Source: Escherichia phage FS2B | Strand: one strand, 5' to 3' | Sequence record: MW929183.1 | Length of the DNA: 18,619 bases | Shown: piece by piece, positions 8,195-15,946 of the stretch | How the letters are laid out: every line of letters begins with the position of its first letter | Position numbering within the stretch: position 1 is the first letter of the stretch | Translations under genes and position numbers: made by a program | The notes under the pieces: generated by a model | The model's database searches: none | Told to the model about the DNA's origin: nothing | Seen by the model: the letters and a program-made list of their open reading frames with translations, nothing else

Positions 8195-9736
8195 TTAGTA
8201 GCTCTGATTCCATCTGCTTACGTTTGCCTCATACAGAGAAGCACTTCCGTAGCTAACGTCATGCTTAGAGCGACCACGATGTGTAACAGAGCACGCTGAA
8301 TAGCGCATTGCATCCATTAAGTCATCATGTTCTTTAATAATCTTACCAACCTTACGGTGATATCTAGCTTTCTCTTCGAATAGCTTAGCATTAGCGGCTG
8401 TGTTAAAGATTTTAAAGCGTCCACTCATCATTCTTTCTCGGATATCTGTGATTCCCGGTTCTACAAAGAAGTTCTTTTTACCATCCATTCCAATTTTGTT
8501 GTAGAAGGTCTCACTCTGTACGTTAACTCCTGCATTCTTATAGAATTGAGCAACAGATGAGCCACTACCTTTCTCAATATTGTCCGCATCGTGCGGCAGG
8601 ATGACAGGAATCCACTGACCACGACCATTAATAGCTGGAGCATGATACACTGGAGTAAAGCCACCTTCTTTATATGAGTCGTAAACATAGATAGTATCCG
8701 TGTTTGCGTCGTAAGCTGTCCAAACAGCAGCAGTTGGGTGATCAATACCAATATCAATTGCACAGACACGTTTCCACGTATCAGGAATTTCGAATGGTTC
8801 ACATTTAATTGTGTCATCCGATACATCATAAATCAAACCACTTCCTAACAATGGCATACCTTTCGAACGCATCTCTAACTGCCACGCTGGAATACCTTCA
8901 GTCATATCTTTTATATCTTGGTCAGTGATATGTCCACCTAGGTCTGCATGAGCATCCCACCAAGAAGCATTCTGGAAATATAGAGAACCTGTGTTCTCAT
9001 CCCCTTCACCTTTCATAAATTTATCTACCAGTTCAGTTAAACCGTTCTCTGGTGTAGCTGTAATTGTAACTAGACCTTTAGTTGTGAGTGTACGTGTGAC
9101 GCACTGTGCGAATATAGCCATAGACTCGTATGGATCTTCTTCGTCTAACCAAATGTAGTCAACTGTTGCACCCATCAATGTGTGTTCACCCTGTTGGGTT
9201 GAACGGAATTCTAATGTACTTAAACCGTCAAACTCTCCTCTTTCATTTTGATGTTTGATTTGTACGATTTGAAGTTTGTTACCATCTCGTTCTATCGTGT
9301 CAATGACGATAGCATCACGAGGAATTACACCTGTCCCCAATAAATTTGTATCCTTTCCGATAGGTGTACCAAACAATTCCTTTTGCAATACTTTCCTTGT
9401 GGAATCCCCTGTAATACCAACTGCCCATGCTAAGATAGGTCTTTTAAATTTATATCCTGTCCACCAAGTTGGGTAGCGACCTGTGACATGACAAGCAAAC
9501 TCGTATGCCTCGCTATAAGATTTACCAACACGGTTCGCTGCACACAAGAATCTAAAGCGATGCTTCAATCCTGCTGCATAAAATTTCTTTTGGAAGTCAT
9601 ACGCCTTGAAAGACAAAATCTTATTATACTTCCTCCATTGGTCACGCTCTTTCAACATATTCAATAGTGCTTTCTTTTCCTCTACACTAAGGTTGTTACC
9701 AGTTAGAGCTTCATAAATTTGTTTATCTAATGACAT
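8195..9736 (-). CDS. terL: Terminase large subunit, 513 aa
   Basis: Walker A-like AANRVGKS followed by HVTGRYP near the N-terminus, acidic WLDEEDP Walker B-like segment, and a C-terminal region with conserved acidic residues consistent with the nuclease domain. ATG 9736 with SD GGAGG. Confidence 0.85.
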   Translation of the reverse strand: MSLDKQIYEALTGNNLSVEEKKALLNMLKERDQWRKYNKILSFKAYDFQKKFYAAGLKHRFRFLCAANRVGKSYSEAYEFACHVTGRYPTWWTGYKFKRPILAWAVGITGDSTRKVLQKELFGTPIGKDTNLLGTGVIPRDAIVIDTIERDGNKLQIVQIKHQNERGEFDGLSTLEFRSTQQGEHTLMGATVDYIWLDEEDPYESMAIFAQCVTRTLTTKGLVTITATPENGLTELVDKFMKGEGDENTGSLYFQNASWWDAHADLGGHITDQDIKDMTEGIPAWQLEMRSKGMPLLGSGLIYDVSDDTIKCEPFEIPDTWKRVCAIDIGIDHPTAAVWTAYDANTDTIYVYDSYKEGGFTPVYHAPAINGRGQWIPVILPHDADNIEKGSGSSVAQFYKNAGVNVQSETFYNKIGMDGKKNFFVEPGITDIRERMMSGRFKIFNTAANAKLFEEKARYHRKVGKIIKEHDDLMDAMRYSACSVTHRGRSKHDVSYGSASLYEANVSRWNQSY

Positions 9737-9746
9737 ACTTCCTCCA

Positions 9747-9775
9747 GTTTAAAAATAGAAAAGGGAAAGTCCCTT
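9747..9775 (-). terminator. Hairpin plus U tract between small and large terminase genes
   Basis: Minus-strand RNA AAGGGA-CUU-UCCCUU followed by UUCUAUUUUU, ending just before the terL SD. Confidence 0.35.
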
Positions 9776-9805
9776 CGTCAAAGAACCTCCCCTTCTTTCC
9801 TTTAC

Positions 9806-10279
9806 TTAACTCTCGTCCGCTTCCTCCCCCTTTTCAGCGTCCTCAGAGTTGTCTTCTTCTGGAGGCATAACGTCGATACCAAGTGCTCCAGTCAAGAAGT
9901 CCTTGATTTGTGCATTCAATGATTCTTCGTTGATTACATTCTCTTCCTCAATCTTAACTTCAACAGAGGCCGCCTTAGGATATACCAGATCTGCAACTTT
10001 TGATGCAGCCTTGAATCTAAGATCAGGTGGAATATTAGGATCTTCGTAAATTTGAATTAACACTTCATCAGGAGACAAATGACTTGCAGCAACACGGTCC
10101 AACATTAATTGTGTCAGTTTACCTCTACTACCTTTGGGTCGTCCGAATTTATTTCCCTTTTGAAACTTCCCATTGCTTGGGTTCATACCACGGCCTTCAA
10201 GTTCTTCCGTTACTCCGGGTAATCTTCCTGTAATCTCAGCTACCTGTGCAGGCGTGAGTTCTCCGTTTTCTCCAAACAT
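9806..10279 (-). CDS. Putative terminase small subunit, 157 aa
   Basis: Sits immediately upstream of terL. Basic N-terminal segment (GRPKGSRGK) typical of small-terminase DNA-binding regions, acidic C-terminal tail. ATG 10279 with SD AAGGAG at 6 nt spacing. Confidence 0.55.
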   Translation of the reverse strand: MFGENGELTPAQVAEITGRLPGVTEELEGRGMNPSNGKFQKGNKFGRPKGSRGKLTQLMLDRVAASHLSPDEVLIQIYEDPNIPPDLRFKAASKVADLVYPKAASVEVKIEEENVINEESLNAQIKDFLTGALGIDVMPPEEDNSEDAEKGEEADES

Positions 10280-10300
10280 TTTATACTCCTTCTACATTAT

Positions 10301-10330
10301 CAACAACACAAAAAGCCTCCCAAGGGAGGC
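10301..10330 (-). terminator. Rho-independent terminator between the 208-aa gene and the small terminase gene
   Basis: Minus-strand RNA GCCUCCC-UUG-GGAGGC followed by UUUUUGUGUUGUUG. Confidence 0.55.
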
Positions 10331-10335
10331 AAACA

Positions 10336-10962
10336 TTACTTACAATCACCAACGGACAGGTTAAACATCTTACCTAGAGCAACAGTCTCACCTTCCCACG
10401 GAAGTTCTACACCCTTCTCTTCCTCTAAAAGAATAGAGCCGTCGACCAAAAATTTTTCGTAGTCTCGCAGTGCGTCGTCTACTAGCTCACTCTTGTGAAT
10501 CCACGTAATTGTTTCTGTACCATCCTCTTCGATTCGAACATCACGATGCCATTCATCTTTGGAGGTAATATAATCATGGAGCATTTCGTATTCAGCTTCT
10601 TCAATCATCTCAATCATTGCACGAGCATAGTCAGGGAGGTGATCATGTTTAGTAGATTCATATTCAACTACTTCCAGAGTAGATGGTTGTGTTTTAGAAT
10701 TAGGGCGAGTAGTATGAATCAAATCTAACATATTTTTGTTCTCCGTAATATTTGGTTTAAGAATACTTCCACTATATAAATCTTGTACAGCTAATCCTGA
10801 AACATTTCCCATAGTTTCTAAATGCTGTAAGCTACAACCAGAGCGACATAGCTGTGAATTATAGTCAACCATGTCCATTGCTTTGATGTGGAAAGGAGAG
10901 CCAGAAGGGAAGCTACCTCCATAAACACCTTCCATATTACGTGCGATTATTTGATTATTCAT
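10336..10962 (-). CDS. Hypothetical protein, 208 aa (start revised from the track ORF)
   Basis: Track ORF runs to 11037, but the ATG at 10962 has a strong SD (AAGGGAGA, ~8 nt spacing) while the upstream part overlaps the preceding gene. No recognisable motif. Confidence 0.55.
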   Translation of the reverse strand: MNNQIIARNMEGVYGGSFPSGSPFHIKAMDMVDYNSQLCRSGCSLQHLETMGNVSGLAVQDLYSGSILKPNITENKNMLDLIHTTRPNSKTQPSTLEVVEYESTKHDHLPDYARAMIEMIEEAEYEMLHDYITSKDEWHRDVRIEEDGTETITWIHKSELVDDALRDYEKFLVDGSILLEEEKGVELPWEGETVALGKMFNLSVGDCK

Positions 10963-11209
10963 TTGTATCTCCCTTGCTGTAATCTTTGTATGTTTCTTTT
11001 CTGTAAGTGCGGAATGCTCTGAAGAAGAGCCAACCAAAACTACTTACATCAATTGTAATATCGAAATCTGTTTCATCATCTAAATCAACAAGACGACCTA
11101 AGCATGTAGCTTCCATCCCTTCTTCAGAGTCACTGTTGATTACGAAAGCGTATGTCTCTGTTCTGAACCGAGGCACCATCTCTGATAAAAAATCTAATAC
11201 TAAATTCAT
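10955..11209 (-). CDS. Hypothetical protein, 84 aa, first gene of the leftward block
   Basis: ATG 11209 with SD GGAGAAG. Acidic protein. Its stop overlaps the start region of the 208-aa gene. Confidence 0.5.
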   Translation of the reverse strand: MNLVLDFLSEMVPRFRTETYAFVINSDSEEGMEATCLGRLVDLDDETDFDITIDVSSFGWLFFRAFRTYRKETYKDYSKGDTNE

Positions 11210-11393
11210 AATTCTTCTCCTCTGAATAAGAGTATAAATGGCACATCATAAGACATACCCGTAAAGGCCACCTCACATTAACACCCGTGAGAATACCTGT
11301 ATTCATTTTCGTAGTCTTCTTCAGAGAAGCTACCGTATTCATCTTCTGTCATACATCCCTCTGATAAAGTTAAGACATAAAGGGGACTTCATG

Positions 11394-11441
11394 TTAAGGC
11401 ACTATCACATTAAGGCTATGTCACGTTAAGGCCTATCCATC
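11394..11441 (+). repeat. Three direct TTAAGGC repeats phased at exactly 16 bp (11394, 11410, 11426); the 12-mer TTAAGGCACTAT recurs at 11865
   Basis: Read directly from sequence: gTTAAGGCactatcacaTTAAGGCtatgtcacgTTAAGGCctatcc. Confidence 0.6.
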
Positions 11442-12088
11442 CATGTGCTGTGTTTAAGCTTTCCACATTTACTACATCTCCAAGTGGACTTATAAAGGGT
11501 GTGAACTCTTTCATCCCCGTAAGCTTTGCGTATCCGATAGTACTCATGATCACATTTGAATTGCTTAATGATTAACTTAATTTTCCACATAAGTTCTCTT
11601 TCAACCTTATATATAAGAGTTTAAAATTCTGATTTGACCGAGTGGGGCTAGCCGCTCGCCGCGCGTTTCCTAAAAAGGGGGAGTCCTCATTTAAAAAAGG
11701 GTTATTGGCAATGCCTTTACCTTCCCTTTCAACGTTCCACCTTTCCCCGTGCCTACTCCCCGTAGTTATTCCCCCGTGTATACTACCCAATACATTACCT
11801 ACCCGTTTATTTAGTTCCCCTTTAAAGAGTGAGAGAAAGGCCAGCACTGTATAATGATTAGATTAAGGCACTATGAATAGGCTAATAATACCCATAAGTA
11901 ATAGCCCACATTCCCCATAGTTACGTTGATAATAGTTTCAATAGTAATGATTATGAGTGCAATAATGATATATGTATTAATTAAGTGGAAAGATAGTAAT
12001 TAACAGTTATTATATTCTTTTATTACTTTCTTTTTTCAGCGTACATGAGCGTAGCGAATGGTCTTTGATGTTTGAGTAATGCTATTAA

Positions 12089-12117
12089 TAGTTAACTAAT
12101 TATTTAAGTGGTATATT
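12089..12117 (+). promoter_or_regulatory. Candidate sigma70 promoter with extended -10 (TGgTATATT), possibly driving the rightward early operon
   Basis: TG at 12109-12110, hexamer TATATT at 12112-12117, weak -35 TAGTTA 17 bp upstream. The -35 is weak and the first gene is ~360 nt downstream. Confidence 0.3.
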
Positions 12118-12481
12118 ATTACCGCACTATCTTGCTATGTTTCCCCGTGGTCTATCCTGCGGTTGTATGCTCCCCGTCCTATATAGATAGTAGAAATATT
12201 TTACCCGTAGGACTTGCTTTCCTTATTAAGAAGTAGTAAATTGTATTCATCGAAGCGAAGCAGTGATGCAAAGTAGCTAGATAGTAGTAAGCTCTCTGAA
12301 GACTAATCGGTCTAAGTAAGTGAGAATGTTTAAAGATAAGGACTCTGCGATTGACTGGTGAAAGCTGGAACACTATCGAGTCAGTGAAGAGGCCAACTGA
12401 GCAATGGCCCTACGTGTGAATCAGAAACACGTGCTATCTTGTGAAACATGAAACCAAATACATATCAACGAGGATTCACAA

Positions 12482-12973
12482 ATGGCTAAATCAATGCAGG
12501 TAGTTAATCTGGCAAGTTATGCACTGGTTGCAGCGATTGGTGTTAGTGCACTGGTCACATCTCTTTCTGATAAGGCTGTTGCTAGTCCTGCTCCTGCAAC
12601 TGATGCGGCTAGTGTCTTCTCTAGTTCCATCAATAAGGGTTGGATGATTTGCAACGGTGCGGATAGTGATGGAAGTACTATTGTATTAAAAATGAAGTTT
12701 AGCAACGTAACTAATGATGGCGTTCTCTTTCAGTCTAAAACACTAGACAATCAGCCTAACAATGATCTAGTTCTCAAGCGCACCGATAGTGACTCGGATA
12801 TGGTTACATTTGGCACTGTACAACGTTACGAAGACGTTAAAGCTGTAACCAATCTAGTGAGTTATGGCCCGATCAATGAGTCGATGATTGCTACAACTGT
12901 TTATAATAACGCTAATAACGCTGTTTATACCGTTCACGTTAGTTTAGCCAACTGTATTAAGGCTAGTAAGTAA
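12482..12973 (+). CDS. Secreted or periplasmic protein, 163 aa, predicted Sec signal peptide, function unknown
   Basis: ATG 12482 with SD GAGGA at 7 nt spacing. N-terminus has a hydrophobic core LASYALVAAIGVSALV followed by A-S-P. Two Cys in the mature part. Confidence 0.7.
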   Translation: MAKSMQVVNLASYALVAAIGVSALVTSLSDKAVASPAPATDAASVFSSSINKGWMICNGADSDGSTIVLKMKFSNVTNDGVLFQSKTLDNQPNNDLVLKRTDSDSDMVTFGTVQRYEDVKAVTNLVSYGPINESMIATTVYNNANNAVYTVHVSLANCIKASK

Positions 12974-12998
12974 ATAACCTATTTTCAGGAGTGTAAAA

Positions 12999-13265
12999 AT
13001 GGCTATCAAAGAAGTTAAGTTATCAAACGGCTTTTCTTGTTTTGTTGGTGGGCAATCTATCGAGTTTAATACACTTGATGGTCAGATAATCTTGCCTGTT
13101 ATCACTTTTTGCAGGATGGAATATCAGCCTCTTAAAGATTGGCTAGCCTTTGCTGATTTCGAAATTACCCGCGATGATTTCAGATCAATCTATATTGACG
13201 GTGATTTGTCGCTGGCTAACCTGCTTAATCATGGTCTGATTGGGGATGATACCAATGGGAAATGA
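12999..13265 (+). CDS. Hypothetical protein, 88 aa
   Basis: ATG 12999 with SD AGGAG at 7 nt spacing. Confidence 0.6.
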   Translation: MAIKEVKLSNGFSCFVGGQSIEFNTLDGQIILPVITFCRMEYQPLKDWLAFADFEITRDDFRSIYIDGDLSLANLLNHGLIGDDTNGK

Positions 13266-13512
13266 AACTATTGCGTTAATTGACACGCATAATTACGGTG
13301 GCGTTACGTTATCTTTTGATGAATCAGTCGACGCTGGTTATTTGTCTTTTCTTTCTAAAGGTGAGATACAAAATATCCGCTTTCCCGTTGTTTGTCTGGT
13401 GCAAGATTATCTAACTGTTGGGAAGTATTTAGCCCAACGCGGGATTCTCCTGTCGCTGGAAGAAGTGGAACAGATTAGCGTAGCATTTTTTGGTGAGGAT
13501 AGCAACCAATGA
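13255..13512 (+). CDS. Hypothetical protein, ~85 aa (alternative starts ATG 13246 or TTG 13240)
   Basis: Track ORF uses TTG 13240. ATG 13255 has GGGGA 8 nt upstream. Overlaps the end of the preceding gene. Start choice is uncertain. Confidence 0.5.
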   Translation: MGNETIALIDTHNYGGVTLSFDESVDAGYLSFLSKGEIQNIRFPVVCLVQDYLTVGKYLAQRGILLSLEEVEQISVAFFGEDSNQ

Positions 13513-13595
13513 TTCATGATTATTTTTGGCGTTGCTTGTTCGTTGTTACAGTGGCGTTATTCGTCGCTGATATGCTTTATTCTTACATTCTCTAA
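13509..13595 (+). CDS. Candidate 28-aa single-pass membrane peptide (MIHDYFWRCLFVVTVALFVADMLYSYIL)
   Basis: ATGA start/stop overlap with the upstream gene suggests translational coupling. Hydrophobic core long enough for one transmembrane helix. Below the ORF-track length cutoff. Confidence 0.35.
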   Translation: MIHDYFWRCLFVVTVALFVADMLYSYIL

Positions 13596-13611
13596 CTAAA
13601 GGTTTATTATC

Positions 13612-13977
13612 ATGGGTGTTATCAAGTTTGTAGTGAAAGTATTTGTAGGCTTCTTTCTGGTTGTTCTCCTGTTAGGTGTCCTGCTGTCATCTATGGGTAG
13701 CGTTAAGGCTGCAACATTTTCCCCTGATACGGTTGACGGTTTACAGTGCACCTATTTGATAGAAAACTATGAAACTGGTAAAAAGTCACCTAAAGTTATT
13801 ATTTTACATGTGAATGATTTCGAACATGTACAATCATACGATAAAACTATTCAACTGGTAAATGAAACCACTGGTAAGCAAATTACGGTGGATCACTTGA
13901 TGCGCTCATCGTTGACGCTCTTTGATGAGTCCATGAATGAAATGGCATCCGGTAACGGTCAATGTGTAAATCCATAG
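13612..13977 (+). CDS. Membrane-anchored or secreted protein, 121 aa
   Basis: ATG 13612 with SD AAAGG upstream. N-terminal hydrophobic segment FVVKVFVGFFLVVLLLGVLL. Two Cys in the C-terminal domain. Confidence 0.65.
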   Translation: MGVIKFVVKVFVGFFLVVLLLGVLLSSMGSVKAATFSPDTVDGLQCTYLIENYETGKKSPKVIILHVNDFEHVQSYDKTIQLVNETTGKQITVDHLMRSSLTLFDESMNEMASGNGQCVNP

Positions 13978-14052
13978 GCTTAATCTTTCTCCTGTATTGT
14001 GCCGTAGTCATGCCTATGGTCATAATTTATCTGATTCTCTAATCCTTCCTGT

Positions 14053-14080
14053 AAGCCTCCTAGTGAGGCTTTTCTCTTTT
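14053..14080 (+). terminator. Rho-independent terminator ending the 12482-13977 operon
   Basis: Perfect 7-bp stem AAGCCUC / GAGGCUU with loop CUAGU, followed by UUCUCUUUU. Confidence 0.7.
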
Positions 14081-14361
14081 ATGAGGTGATTGTATGCCTT
14101 ACTCCCTTTTAGCTCGTTGTGATGCGTTTTAGGCCGCTAAATATCGCTTTACAAGCCATTTTCTATGATGTATCGCGTGCGCCTGCTCTTTTACCTTCCT
14201 ATAGTGAAAAAGTTTAAAATAATTTGCTTTACCCTATTGCAACCTCATCTGATTAGCGTATACTTCATTTCATCGGGTACGATGTAAAACATACAAGGCA
14301 AGAAATTGCCCCGCTCTTTAAAAATCAGGCTAGAAAGTGAAAATATTCTCAAAAAAGAGTA

Positions 14362-14390
14362 TTGACACCGGAAAAAGCCTGATATATAGT
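14362..14390 (+). promoter_or_regulatory. Strong sigma70-type promoter P1: TTGACA, 17 bp spacer, TATAGT, with A-rich upstream element
   Basis: TTGACA at 14362-14367, TATAGT at 14385-14390, spacer exactly 17 bp. A-tract (aaaaaagag) immediately upstream, UP-element-like. Confidence 0.65.
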
Positions 14391-14994
14391 GAGCATAGTC
14401 AGCGATGACTTAAAAAATCCCGCTCTTTAAAAATATGATTTGTCTTACGGGTGGCGGCGACGTCATTACTATAAGGCGCTCAGTTAATCGGTAGAATTGA
14501 TTCCTGATTCATACGTGACGCAGGCGGACAATAAGCAATATCAATAAGCCTTATTTGTTCGATACTTTCAAAAGATTAATGCTTGAAAGCGCACTAGATT
14601 CCCTGAAAGACAAATCAGACTTATCATCTTGCCCTTTCGCATAGATTCACGCGAGATAAGGGAAAGGAATTAAAAGAAGATGATAAAAAGAGTTGCAAAC
14701 GTGGTTAAAGTAGTCCATACTAACCACAAGTTAGCAAAACATCGCTAACTAGTTCCCAAATCAACGTATCGCGGGAAAGGTGGCACATAGTGCAGCGATT
14801 AGTTCAGGTGTAGGCGGCCTGTTAATGAATCAGTAAGCCTTCAATGTGACAGTGATTAGCAGACACTTTAAAAGGCTAAACGCTCTTTAACAATATGAGT
14901 CATAAGTTAAGCCTCACCGCTTAATCTTCAATCAAATAAAGCTGATTGATATATCCTCCCAATAGCGGGAACGACGAAAAAGATTAAAAAGCGG

Positions 14995-15023
14995 TTGACA
15001 GCGAAAACAACATGATTCATAAT
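14995..15023 (+). promoter_or_regulatory. Strong sigma70-type promoter P2: TTGACA, 17 bp spacer, CATAAT; paralogous to P1
   Basis: TTGACA at 14995-15000, CATAAT at 15018-15023. A-rich upstream (aaaaagattaaaaag). Both P1 and P2 are followed by GAGCA just after the -10. Confidence 0.65.
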
Positions 15024-15946
15024 GAGCACTCACTAAGCAAATCATCGCTTCAGTGAAAAGCGTAACAACGGCTAACAGTTGCATAGTGTGAGAAAGCACA
15101 CTGATAGATTTACCGCTCTTTAATAATTTAAACATTCTCCTATATCGGTTGAATATGCTTGATGATAATAACCATCGGAAAGCATACCAGATAAAACGGC
15201 GTAAAACTCCCTAAATTATCAGGGTAAACAGTTTTACATTCCCTTACTGGAAACGTCACCATTGATAAACGGATTCATTGAGTACACGCAAAGACTTGAG
15301 CTAATCGCCCACGGTTAAGGGTAGCGGCGGTCATTGCTAACACGGTGCTACAGTGAAAGAAGTTAATCAGGGTAGGCAAGTCCGACGAATTAACGCTCAA
15401 TTGAGAGCGGCGGGGAGTGGTTAAAAAGTGGCAAATTGCTATTTAACAATAAGGTTTAATGCGAACGTTTACGATGTGAACGGCTTGAGATTCATCATAG
15501 GATGAAAGTACATAGCCGGGTTATGTAGTAAACCTGCTGAAAGATATAAAACGCCGGAATATTAGGCGGTTAGTGACTCTTTCGCAATAGTATCCCGTAG
15601 TGGGCGATGACTAGCGATAGAGAGCTGATACAAAAGGATAAGCGGGAGCGAAAACAAAGTAGACGATATTGCCGACGGTTACAATAACGTAACTAATTAG
15701 AGTCGGACGCACTGCCTTATTGTGATGATTGATCATCGCTATCAGGTCGGCTTCGTTTATAGCGACTAATTAAAGATACCAGATGAAACATCACGGATAA
15801 GGGGGCGGCAAGGTTAACTCCTGATAAGACCGCCCCGCTTACCTATAACTACTTAACAACGAGTGGTTATAGTTAAGTTAATAGTGACTTAAACAAGCTC
15901 ATAGAGAGCGGGGCAATAGCGCCCTTACAATTGAAAGGTGAATATT

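Larger units (their letters stand above)
11255..12209 (+). repeat. Cluster of strand-biased CCCGT(A/G/T) motifs (about 11 copies) in the ORF-free divergent region; candidate iterons or protein-binding sites
   Basis: CCCCGT at 11745, 11758, 11772, 12144, 12172; CCCGT at 11255, 11281, 11517, 11802, 12204; related CCCCAT at 11913. All on the plus strand, none matched on the complement. Far above chance for a 5-mer in ~1 kb. Confidence 0.5.
14312..15123 (+). repeat. Four dispersed copies of CGCTCTTTAA(A/C/T)AAT at 14312, 14421, 14881, 15114; copies 2 and 3 lie within longer ~33-nt homologous elements
   Basis: ccCGCTCTTTAAaaatc, ccCGCTCTTTAAaaatatga, aaCGCTCTTTAAcaatatga, acCGCTCTTTAAtaattt. Same orientation, all in ORF-free DNA near P1 and P2. 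Confidence 0.6.

Noticed and set aside
11130-11854. ORFs 11130-11342 (-), 11572-11847 (-) and 11642-11854 (+) in the divergent region
   Set aside because: No SD sites, proline- and low-complexity-rich translations, and they overlap the CCCGT motif cluster. More consistent with non-coding regulatory DNA.
14680-14748. 22-aa plus-strand mini-ORF (MIKRVANVVKVVHTNHKLAKHR) with GGAAAGGAA upstream
   Set aside because: It has a plausible SD, but it is very short and has no support beyond that; it cannot be distinguished from chance. Worth checking with Ribo-seq, but not called.
14408-14898. Reading the 33-nt conserved elements as starts of small conserved peptides (shared ATATGA)
   Set aside because: The ORFs opened by those ATGs differ completely (19 aa versus 9 aa), so the conservation is not at the protein level.
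14932-15135. 67-aa minus-strand ORF overlapping promoter P2
   Set aside because: The only SD-like sequence (AGGAGA) sits 1 nt from the ATG, which is too close. The ORF is antisense to a near-consensus promoter and Cys-rich in a way typical of spurious frames.
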